A DNA stretch of 64,000 nucleotides. Origin: Actinomycetota bacterium. Lineage in GTDB: Bacteria > Actinomycetota > Acidimicrobiia > IMCC26256 > PALSA-555. The position numbers and the translations under genes are program-made. This document shows, piece by piece, positions 17,975 to 25,775 of this stretch. Position 1 is the first letter of the stretch; the number at the start of each line of letters is the position of its first letter. A model generated the notes under the pieces. It was given only the letters and a program-made list of their open reading frames with translations. It did not search any database and had not been told where the DNA came from. The stretch covers positions 4,275 through 68,274 of the forward strand of contig PLJD01000048.1 in NCBI GenBank assembly GCA_003140175.1, given 5' to 3'.

Positions 17975-19218
17975 CCCGCCGGGACCTGGCTGGGGTCGAG
18001 TGGGTGCGGCTGAGCTTCATCGACGCCTTCGGCACGAGTAACTCGGTCCAGATCCCGGCGAGCCGCTACGACGAGGCAGCCGACCGCGGGATCCCGTTCG
18101 ACGGGTCGGCGCTCGAGGGGCCGGCCCGCTACCTCGAGTCCGACATGCTGCTGCGCCCCGTCCCGTCCACCCTGGTGGACATCGGCGGGGGCGTCGCCCG
18201 CGTCGTGTGCACCGCGCACACCCCGGACGGCGCGCGCTGGTCCGCGGACCCCCGGTACGCGCTCGAGTCGCTGCTCGACGACGTCGACGACGTCGCCGCG
18301 CAGATGACCGTCGCCGCCGAACTCGAGTTCTACCTCCTCGGCGAGCACGATCTCCCCGTCGATGCCGCCGGCTACTTCGACGAGACCGAGACCTCCGGCA
18401 GCGCGGCGGTGCGCGACGCCGCCGACCGGCTCGCGGGATGCGGGATCCCGGTCGACGCTTGCCACCACGAGGCCGGTCCCGGCCAGTACGAGATCGATCT
18501 CGGCCCCCTGGCGCCCATGCAGCTCGCCGACGGCCTGGTGCTGGCGAAGCAGATCGTGCGGGATCGGGTGCGCCGGGACGGGATGCGGGCGACGTTCATG
18601 CCCCGCCCGTTCGGCGACGAGCCGGGCTCGGGGATGCACCTTCAGCAGCGGATGGCGGGCCGGCTGGTCGACGACGCCGGGCAGCTCGACCTCGAGGGTG
18701 CGGGCTACGTCGCCGGCCAGCTCACCCACGGGCGGGGGCTGAGCGCGTTGGCCGCACCGACGGTGAACTCCTACAAACGTCTCCACGCCGGCCCCGAAGC
18801 GCCCAGCGCGGTGGTGTGGGCTCACTCGAGCCGGGCCGCGCTGCTGCGCGTGAGCTCCTACCGGGGGCGGGACGCGTCGATCGAGTACCGGGGTGGGGAC
18901 CCTTCGGCGAACCCCTATCTGCTGCTCGTCGGCCTCCTCGCCGCCGGCCTCGACGGTCTGGAACGCGGCTTGGAGCTCCCCATGCCCGCCGAGGAGTCCG
19001 CCCGCGGCTATGACCCCTCGACCGGCGCGTTGCGCCTCGAGCCGCTGCCTCGCAACCTCGACGACGCGCTCGACGCGCTGCTCGCCGACGACGTGCTCGT
19101 CGACGCGTTCGACGACCAGCTCCTCGCCCGGCTCGTCGACGGCCGCCGCGCCGAGGCGGAGGCGTACCGGTCGCTCGTCACCGACTGGGAGCGGGCCCGC
19201 TACCTCGACGAGGCCTAA
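17971..19218 (+). CDS. Glutamine synthetase family protein (GlnA-like, about 415 aa; possibly a gamma-glutamyl-amine synthetase)
   Basis: The ATG at 17971 overlaps the kinase TGA (ATGA). AAELEFYLL, GSGMHLQ, NSYKRL, SIEYRGGDPSANPYLL are GS catalytic-domain motifs. The longest ORF (17893) would overlap the kinase. Confidence 0.85.
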   Translation: MTRRDLAGVEWVRLSFIDAFGTSNSVQIPASRYDEAADRGIPFDGSALEGPARYLESDMLLRPVPSTLVDIGGGVARVVCTAHTPDGARWSADPRYALESLLDDVDDVAAQMTVAAELEFYLLGEHDLPVDAAGYFDETETSGSAAVRDAADRLAGCGIPVDACHHEAGPGQYEIDLGPLAPMQLADGLVLAKQIVRDRVRRDGMRATFMPRPFGDEPGSGMHLQQRMAGRLVDDAGQLDLEGAGYVAGQLTHGRGLSALAAPTVNSYKRLHAGPEAPSAVVWAHSSRAALLRVSSYRGRDASIEYRGGDPSANPYLLLVGLLAAGLDGLERGLELPMPAEESARGYDPSTGALRLEPLPRNLDDALDALLADDVLVDAFDDQLLARLVDGRRAEAEAYRSLVTDWERARYLDEA

Positions 19219-21044
19219 CCCGCTGCGTCGACGGCCCGCCGTCGATACATGCCGTCGATCTGGGCGGCGTACTTGGCATGGATGCCGCGCCGTTTGAGCT
19301 TCATGGTCGGGGTGAGCTCCTCGGAGTCGGGGAGCCACTCGTCGGCGAGGACCGTGAACTGCTTGATCTGCTCCACGTTCGAGAACCGCTCGTTGGCGGC
19401 CGCGACCTCGCGGGCCACCTCGGCCACGACGAGCGACTCGTTCGCCAGGTCGGCCAGCGAGGTGGTCGAGATCCCCTGCGCGGTCGCCCACGCCGGCGCG
19501 ACCTCCGAGTCCAGCACCACCAGGGCGGACACGAACGGACGACCGTCGCCGATCACGCACGCCTGCCCGATGATCGGTGACGCTTTCAGTGCCGCCTCGA
19601 GGTTGGCGGGCGAGATGTTCTTGCCGCCCGCGGTGATGATCAGCTCCTTCTTGCGGTCGACGATGCGCAGGTAGCCGTCCTCGTCGAACTGGCCGATGTC
19701 GCCCGAGTGCAGCCAGCCGTCGGCGTCGAGCGCCTCGGCCGTCTTGTCCGGGTCGTTGAGGTACCCCCGAAAGATGTTGCCGCCCCGGGCGAGGACCTCC
19801 CCGTCCTCGCCGAGCCGCACCGCGCAGCCCGGGATGGCGGGGCCCACCGTGCCGAGTCGCACTCGCCAGGGCGCCCAGGTCAGCGGACCGGACGACTCCG
19901 AGAGCCCGTAGACCTCGGACAGCTCGACCCCGAGGGCCCGGAAGAAGCCCAGCACCTCGCGCGTCACCGGCGCCGCGCCGCTGACCGCCGAGACGACCTG
20001 GTCGATCCCGAGCAGCTCACGGACGAAGGTCAGCGTCGGCTGGTGCGCCGCGTGCTCGGCGGCCAACGCGGGGGGGAGGGCCTCGCCGCGCGCCCGGTAC
20101 GCCTGCTCCTGATCGCCGACCGCCAGCGCCGCCTCGAGCGCCGCCGACTGCTTCGGGTCCTGGCCGGACGCGGCGAGCACGCCGGCGTGCATCTTCTCCC
20201 AGATGCGCGGCACCGCGAAGAACAGCTCGGGTCTGGTCTCGGGCAGGTACTGGGCCAGGAAGGAGGGTTCGGGGCAGGTCGTGATCTCGTAGCCGAACGT
20301 GATGCCCTGATAGTGCGAGTTCATCCGCTCCGCGACGTGAGCCATCGGCAGGTACGACACCATCCGCCACCCGGTCGGGTCGATCGGCTCGAAGCAGCGC
20401 CGCAGGCTCTCGACCGTCCAGACAACGTTGGCGTGGTCGAGCATGACGCCCTTCGGGGGCCCGGTCGTGCCGGACGTGTAGATGATGGTGGCGAGGTCCT
20501 CCGCGGTGGCCGTGGTGGCCGCCTCGTCGAGGTCGACCGGGTCGGCCCGGCACAGCTCGTCGAACGCCAAGACGTCCCCGGGGGCACGGGCGTCGCGGTC
20601 GACGATCGCGAGGTGCTCGAGGAGGGGTAGCTGGCCACGCACCGCGAGGATCCGCTCGAGGTAGCCGATGTCTTCGACGACGCCCGCCACCGCGCCGCAG
20701 TGGCGAGCCAGGAAGCACACCTGCTCGGGCGCCGAGGAGTTGTAGATCGACACCGGCGTCGCTCCCAGGAGCAGGGTGGCGACGTCGGCGACGTGGAACT
20801 CGGGCCGGTTGCGCACCATGAGGACGACCCGTTCGCCCCGCACGACGCCGAGCTCGCGCAGCGCACCGGCGAACCGGCAGGCCCGCTCGGCGTACTCGGC
20901 CCAGGTCCAGGTCGCCCAGCCGTCCTCGGTCTTCCACCGCAGGGCCACCTGGTCGGGGCGGGCAGCCACCGTGTCGCGAAAGCGCGTCGCGACGGTGTGC
21001 CCGGCGACCGCGGCGGCGATCTGCTCGGACGTGACCTGCGCCAT
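19215..21044 (-). CDS. Long-chain fatty-acid--CoA ligase (AMP-dependent synthetase)
   Basis: Start ATG 21044 (MAQVTSEQ) with GGGGAGGGGGG upstream; the ORF extends to 21197. IIYTSGTTGPPKGVML, GYEITT, WLHSGDIG and TPTMKLKRR motifs. Confidence 0.88.
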   Translation of the reverse strand: MAQVTSEQIAAAVAGHTVATRFRDTVAARPDQVALRWKTEDGWATWTWAEYAERACRFAGALRELGVVRGERVVLMVRNRPEFHVADVATLLLGATPVSIYNSSAPEQVCFLARHCGAVAGVVEDIGYLERILAVRGQLPLLEHLAIVDRDARAPGDVLAFDELCRADPVDLDEAATTATAEDLATIIYTSGTTGPPKGVMLDHANVVWTVESLRRCFEPIDPTGWRMVSYLPMAHVAERMNSHYQGITFGYEITTCPEPSFLAQYLPETRPELFFAVPRIWEKMHAGVLAASGQDPKQSAALEAALAVGDQEQAYRARGEALPPALAAEHAAHQPTLTFVRELLGIDQVVSAVSGAAPVTREVLGFFRALGVELSEVYGLSESSGPLTWAPWRVRLGTVGPAIPGCAVRLGEDGEVLARGGNIFRGYLNDPDKTAEALDADGWLHSGDIGQFDEDGYLRIVDRKKELIITAGGKNISPANLEAALKASPIIGQACVIGDGRPFVSALVVLDSEVAPAWATAQGISTTSLADLANESLVVAEVAREVAAANERFSNVEQIKQFTVLADEWLPDSEELTPTMKLKRRGIHAKYAAQIDGMYRRRAVDAAG

Positions 21045-21122
21045 GTCCCCCCTCCCCGTGCAGTCTCGCGCGGCGCTCACCGGCTGGCTCTCGATCGTCG
21101 CCGACTCCGCCCCGCCGCGCCT

Positions 21123-21188
21123 TTGTCCACAGGGACCGGTGGAGAACGGGTCTGGACGGGTGGAAAACCTGTGGAGATTGGTGGATAC
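21123..21188. promoter_or_regulatory. Phased array of TCCACA/TGTGGA-core motifs, including a perfect TTGTCCACA (actinobacterial DnaA-box consensus)
   Basis: TTGTCCACA at 21123-21131. On the opposite strand: GGTGGAGAA 21139, GGTGGAAAA 21159, TGTGGAGAT 21170 and GGTGGATAC 21180, spaced 20, 11 and 10 nt. Locally AT-richer. It lies 79-144 nt upstream of the fadD-like start. Confidence 0.4.
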
Positions 21189-21198
21189 TTTCGCCACC

Positions 21199-21270
21199 GC
21201 GTCCCGAGGAGGCCGTTGGGGCGCCCGGCAGCCGGGCCGGGATCTCTACGCCGAACCCTCCTCGGGACGC
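21199..21270 (-). terminator. 72-nt compound stem-loop (perfect 14-bp outer stem) after the metallophosphoesterase gene
   Basis: GCGTCCCGAGGAGG (21199-21212) pairs perfectly with CCTCCTCGGGACGC (21257-21270). An inner hairpin CCCGGC-a-GCCGGG lies in the loop. It starts 25 nt after the operon's last stop. Confidence 0.5.
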
Positions 21271-21294
21271 GTCGCGCCCCCGCGCGGTCCTCCC

Positions 21295-22422
21295 TTAGAA
21301 GCGTTCCGCGAAGCAGCGGTGCTCGAGGCCGCCGAGGACCAGCTCGCCGTAGATGCCCTGGATCATGAAGCGGCAACGCTCGGCCCAGTCGAAGGCGGCC
21401 GGGGACGTCACCCGGCGCATCACCTGCGTGTAGCCCCCGTCGTAGATCCGGTACTCGGCCCAGGCCCCCGGGTAGTCCTTGGTGCAGGCCACCTCGGCGA
21501 AGGGGACGTGCCGGGCGGCGGCGAAGCGCCGGACCCGGTTCGTGTGGGTGTGCCCGGCGAAGTACCCGACCAGCTGGTCGTGACGGGCGAAGACGTCGAC
21601 GAGGGCTTCGCTGGCGGCGGGCTGGATCCCGAAGTAGGGGCCGGCGGGACGCTCGGGGGCTTCGACGTTCCAGCAATGATGGTGTCCGAACACCAGGATC
21701 GGGCCGGTCCGCTCGCGGGCCAGGTCGTCGAGCCACACCAGCTGATCGGTGCGCAGCTGGCCGGCGTCGGTGCCCGGGGTCACCGTGTCGAGCACGGCGA
21801 GCGTGACGGAGCCGAGCTCCACGGCGTAGGGGGCGTCCTCGATGGCGAGCGTCGGGTTGAGGAACGCGTCGTGGTTGCCCCGGACGTGGCGCATCCGGTC
21901 GCCGAGGCCGGCGTAGACGGCGAGGAACGCGGCGTACTCCTCGTCGCTCCCAACCGCGGTCAGGTCACCCTTGACGATCACCGCGTCCGGGTCGAGGGCC
22001 CGCATCTCGGCGACGACCGCTCGGTTCATCGTCTCGGGGTAGGGCGCCTCCCCGGGTGCAGCCCGCAAGATGGGCCCGATGGCGTCGGTGGCCGGATCGC
22101 CGGTGCGCCCGCACTCCACTTCACCCAGATGCGTGTCGTTGGCGGTGGCGACGGTCGCGAGGAGACGCCCGGGGGGTCGGGCGAGGGTCCGGACCCGTGC
22201 GGGCAGAAAGCGGCCCGCGGGGGCGCCCTCCACCGTGAGGGGGTACTCGGTGTCGGGCTCGAGGCCCTGGACGCACGCCACGTGGCGGGGACCCGTGGTG
22301 GTGATCTCGGTCGTCCCGACCCGGGTGGCCACGTCGTCGTCCCCGGGGGTGGTGAAGGTGACGACGACCTCGTCGGGCCCGACACTCATGAGCTCGGGCT
22401 CGCCGGGACGGGCGGTGGTCAC
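21295..22422 (-). CDS. Metallophosphoesterase (calcineurin-like) with purple-acid-phosphatase-type N-terminal beta-sandwich
   Basis: ANDTHLG, VKGDLTAVG, GNHD, FGHHH and GHTHTN motifs. GTG 22422 overlaps the epsilon-subunit stop (GTGA). ATG 22389 is the alternative start. Confidence 0.8.
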   Translation of the reverse strand: MTTARPGEPELMSVGPDEVVVTFTTPGDDDVATRVGTTEITTTGPRHVACVQGLEPDTEYPLTVEGAPAGRFLPARVRTLARPPGRLLATVATANDTHLGEVECGRTGDPATDAIGPILRAAPGEAPYPETMNRAVVAEMRALDPDAVIVKGDLTAVGSDEEYAAFLAVYAGLGDRMRHVRGNHDAFLNPTLAIEDAPYAVELGSVTLAVLDTVTPGTDAGQLRTDQLVWLDDLARERTGPILVFGHHHCWNVEAPERPAGPYFGIQPAASEALVDVFARHDQLVGYFAGHTHTNRVRRFAAARHVPFAEVACTKDYPGAWAEYRIYDGGYTQVMRRVTSPAAFDWAERCRFMIQGIYGELVLGGLEHRCFAERF

Positions 22423-22655
22423 GCCCGGCTGCGGGGTGGCATGCGTCCAGAGAGCCGCCACGGGCCTCGCCGCAACCCCGTGCGGTGGGCCCGCAACCGC
22501 GCCGCGCGCACCCACTCGTGCAGCGCGTCGTCGCGGAGGCCGGTGGGGGCGAAGCCGCCGGTCACCGCCGAGACGGCGGCCACGATCGCCGCCACCTCGT
22601 CGGGCGTGGCCGCCGGCGAGATCGTCTGGAGCACGGGACGGTGTACGACAGCCAT
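22419..22655 (-). CDS. Acyl-CoA carboxylase epsilon subunit
   Basis: 78 aa immediately after the carboxyltransferase gene. PDEVAAIVAAVSAV...HEWVRAARL resembles the AccE / PccE family. Confidence 0.7.
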   Translation of the reverse strand: MAVVHRPVLQTISPAATPDEVAAIVAAVSAVTGGFAPTGLRDDALHEWVRAARLRAHRTGLRRGPWRLSGRMPPRSRA

Positions 22656-22658
22656 GCG

Positions 22659-24275
22659 CTACAGCGGAACGTTGCCGTGCTTGCGCTGGGGGAGCTGCTC
22701 GCGCTTGGTGCGCAGCATGTCGAGCGAGCGGACCAGAACCCGGCGGGTCTCGCGGGGATCGATGACGTCGTCGACGTAGCCACGCTCGGCGGCGATGTAG
22801 GGATTCGCGAACCGCTCAGTGTACTCCTCGATCAGCTCCGCGCGCCGCCCCTCGGCGTCGTCGGCCGTCTCGATCTCCTTGCGGAAGATGATGTTCACCG
22901 CACCCTGCGGTCCCATCACCGCAACCTCGGCCGACGGCCACGCGAACGCCAGGTCGGCGCCGATGGACTTGGAGTTCATGACGACGTACGCGCCCCCGTA
23001 CGCCTTGCGGGTCACGATCTGCACCCGGGGCACCGTCGCCTCGCAGTACGCGTAGAGCAGCTTCGCGCCGTGACGGATGATCCCCCCGTACTCCTGGTCG
23101 GTGCCGGGCAGGAAGCCGGGGACGTCGACGAAGGTCACCAGCGGCACGTTGAACGCGTCGCAGGTGCGGACGAAGCGAGCGGATTTCTCAGAGGCGTCGA
23201 TGTCGAGCGTCCCGGCGAGCACCTGGGGCTGGTTCCCAACGATGCCGACCACATGACCGTCGAGGCGCGCGAAGCCGCACACGATGTTCATGGCCCAGAG
23301 CGAGTGCACCTCGAAGAAGTCGCCGTCGTCGACCACCTCGGCGATGACCCGCTTGATGTCGTACGGCTTGTTCGGAGCGTCGGGGATGAGGTCGACGATC
23401 CCCTCGCAGCGCCGATCCGGGTCGTCGGTCGGCTCGAAGTACGGCGGATCCTCAAGGTTGTTCTGCGGCAGGAACGACAGCAGGTACCGGACCTGCTCGA
23501 GGCAGGACTCCTCGTCGTCGGCGACGAACGTGCACACCCCCGACTTCGAGGCGTGGGTCAGAGCCCCGCCGAGCTCCTCTTGGGTCACGTCCTCGCCGGT
23601 GACGGTCTTCACGACGTCGGGTCCGGTGATGAACATGTGCGACGTGCCCTTGACCATGAAGACGAAGTCGGTCATCGCGGGTGAGTAGACGGCGCCCCCT
23701 GCGCACGGGCCCAGGATCACGCTGATCTGGGGGATGACGCCGGAGGCTTTGACGTTGCGGAAGAAGATTCCCCCGTAGGCGGCGAGCGACACCACGCCCT
23801 CTTGGATGCGGGCACCCGCGCCGTCGTTGAGGCCGATCATCGGGCAGCCCATGGATTCGGCGAGGTCCATCACCTTGTGGATCTTCTCGGCGAACACCTC
23901 GCCGAGTGCGCCGCCGAACACGGTGAAGTCCTGGGCGAAGACGAACACCTTGCGGCCGTCGATCGCCCCCCAGCCGGTGACGACGCCGTCGGTCAGGGGA
24001 CGCGTGTTCTCGATGCCGAACCCGTGCGCCCGGTGGCGGGCCAGCATGTCGAGCTCCACGAACGAACCGGGGTCGAGCAGCCGTTCCAGGCGCTCCCGGA
24101 CGGTGAGCTTGCCGCGGGCGTGCTGGCGCTCGACCGCGGCCGGGCTGCCGGCGTGCAGCGCCGCCTCGCGCAGGGTAGCGAGCTGGCTCAGGCGCTCCTC
24201 GATGGGATGCGGGACGGGCGCCACGCCTCCGTCCGCGCCACCCTCGCCCCGGACCTCATCTTCCTCGGCGGCCAT
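22659..24275 (-). CDS. pccB: Propionyl-CoA / acyl-CoA carboxylase carboxyltransferase beta subunit
   Basis: 538 aa. GKLTVRERLERLLDPGSF, GLNDGAGARIQEGV, ILGPCAGGAVYSPAMTDF and AWPSAEVAVMGPQGAV motifs. Confidence 0.92.
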   Translation of the reverse strand: MAAEEDEVRGEGGADGGVAPVPHPIEERLSQLATLREAALHAGSPAAVERQHARGKLTVRERLERLLDPGSFVELDMLARHRAHGFGIENTRPLTDGVVTGWGAIDGRKVFVFAQDFTVFGGALGEVFAEKIHKVMDLAESMGCPMIGLNDGAGARIQEGVVSLAAYGGIFFRNVKASGVIPQISVILGPCAGGAVYSPAMTDFVFMVKGTSHMFITGPDVVKTVTGEDVTQEELGGALTHASKSGVCTFVADDEESCLEQVRYLLSFLPQNNLEDPPYFEPTDDPDRRCEGIVDLIPDAPNKPYDIKRVIAEVVDDGDFFEVHSLWAMNIVCGFARLDGHVVGIVGNQPQVLAGTLDIDASEKSARFVRTCDAFNVPLVTFVDVPGFLPGTDQEYGGIIRHGAKLLYAYCEATVPRVQIVTRKAYGGAYVVMNSKSIGADLAFAWPSAEVAVMGPQGAVNIIFRKEIETADDAEGRRAELIEEYTERFANPYIAAERGYVDDVIDPRETRRVLVRSLDMLRTKREQLPQRKHGNVPL

Positions 24276-24290
24276 GACCGGCAGGCTACC

Positions 24291-24309
24291 GCTGGGTCCC
24301 CGACCCAGC
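24291..24309 (-). terminator. Small hairpin downstream of the PAP2 gene
   Basis: GCTGGGT-ccccg-ACCCAGC is a 7-bp stem with no U tract. Confidence 0.25.
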
Positions 24310-24360
24310 CCCGGGCCGACCGGTCACCCCCGAGGGCATGGGGGCGCGGCGCAGGGCGGA

Positions 24361-25209
24361 TCACGGCGTGGTGGCACGCGTCGCCGCCCGCTGGCGTCGC
24401 CGCGGCGGCGTATCGAGCACCACGCCGTGCAAGCAGAACAAGAAGACCGCCACGAGCGCGGCCCCGGCGGCGACGATGGCGGCGACCGACCCCGCGTAGG
24501 CGGCCCCGATGTGCACGGTCTCGAGTTGCCGGTCGCGGAGCGCCGTCAGGGTGCCGGCCACCGCGAAGCCCACCACGGCCAGGATCGCGGCGCCGACCGC
24601 CAGCACCGCCGCGCTGAGCCGACCGCTCCCTCGAGCGGCTCGGCGCCCGGCCCGGCTGCCCGGGCCGCGCGCGTCGATGAGGACCGCGCTGACCGCGGTC
24701 GCCCAGAACACGGTGACGAGGAAGGCGCCGATCACGTCGCTGGGCCGGTGCCAGGCGGCCGTGACGGTCCCCACCCCCACCGCCGCCGCGTACGCGGTGC
24801 CGGCCAGCGCGGCTGCTCCCCGCCAGCGGGGCGAGACCACGAGGACCAGCGCCAGGGCCAGCGACGCCGCCACCGTCGTGTGCCCGCTCGGGTAGCTGGG
24901 GATCGGCAGGCGGGCAGGGTGCGTGAGCTCGGGGCGGGGCAAGACCCGCTTCAGCGTCTCGGTGGTCAACACCGCCCCCCCGATCAGGGTCGCCGCGGCG
25001 GCGGCCAGCCAAATCCGGGCCCGGGCGAGCGCGACGAGAACGATCGCGCCCCCGATGACGGCGAGTGATGTCTCGTCGATGCTGTGCAGCAAGCGCTGGG
25101 TGGCCTGCTGGACCCGGGGGTTCAGCGACCGCCCGGCCAGCGCGTCGTTGTCGAGGTGCTGCCCGAACGAGGTCCGGACCGCCAGGAGGTACAGGAGGGT
25201 GAGCGCCAC
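24361..25209 (-). CDS. PAP2-superfamily membrane phosphatase
   Basis: 282 aa, multi-TM. KRVLPRP, SYPSGHTT and AAWHRPSDV correspond to the three PAP2 motifs. Confidence 0.8.
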   Translation of the reverse strand: MALTLLYLLAVRTSFGQHLDNDALAGRSLNPRVQQATQRLLHSIDETSLAVIGGAIVLVALARARIWLAAAAATLIGGAVLTTETLKRVLPRPELTHPARLPIPSYPSGHTTVAASLALALVLVVSPRWRGAAALAGTAYAAAVGVGTVTAAWHRPSDVIGAFLVTVFWATAVSAVLIDARGPGSRAGRRAARGSGRLSAAVLAVGAAILAVVGFAVAGTLTALRDRQLETVHIGAAYAGSVAAIVAAGAALVAVFLFCLHGVVLDTPPRRRQRAATRATTP

Positions 25210-25331
25210 GACGCACCCGACGCCGAAGACGAGGAAGACCCCGCTGTGGCGGCGTCTGAGGACCTCCGTCCGCTCGTCGATCGGACCAGTTTGGCGGAGC
25301 GCGACCCGGCTCCGGTGACGGACCCGGCGAG

Positions 25332-25745
25332 CTATTCCTGCACGAGCTCGATCAGGGTGCCGAACGCGGCCTTGGGATGCACGAACGCCACGGTGGTGCC
25401 CCGGCTCCCGGGTCGCGGCTCCTCGTCGATCACCCGATGCCCCTCGGCTTTGACGCGGGCGAGCGCCGCCGCGCAGTCGTCCACGCGGTAGCCGACGTGG
25501 TGGAGTCCCTCGCCTCGCGTGGCGAGCGACTTGGCGACCGGCGAGTCGTCGCGCACAGGGCTGAGCAGCTGGATATACGAGTCAGCCACCGCCAGGAGGG
25601 CCTCTTCGACGCCGTCGCGCTCGACGACCTCCCGGTGCGCGACCTCGGCGTCGAAGGTGTCGCGGTAGTAGGCAATCGCGGCCTCGAGGTCGTACACCGC
25701 GATCGCGACGTGGTCGATCTCGGTGAGCACGCTCATGACGGCCAC
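25332..25745 (-). CDS. mce: Methylmalonyl-CoA (ethylmalonyl-CoA) epimerase, VOC/glyoxalase fold
   Basis: 137 aa. IDHVAIAVYDLEAAIAYY...GEGLHHVGYRVDD...AFVHPK. Located next to ccr. Confidence 0.85.
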   Translation of the reverse strand: MAVMSVLTEIDHVAIAVYDLEAAIAYYRDTFDAEVAHREVVERDGVEEALLAVADSYIQLLSPVRDDSPVAKSLATRGEGLHHVGYRVDDCAAALARVKAEGHRVIDEEPRPGSRGTTVAFVHPKAAFGTLIELVQE

Positions 25746-25775
25746 GCTACCTGGGCTCCACCGCCGTCAAGTCGG

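Noticed and set aside
19215-19218. Convergent GS-like and acyl-CoA ligase genes share overlapping stop codons (CTAA) with no intergenic terminator.
   Set aside because: A 4-nt tail-to-tail overlap is common in compact high-GC genomes and carries no evident signal of its own.
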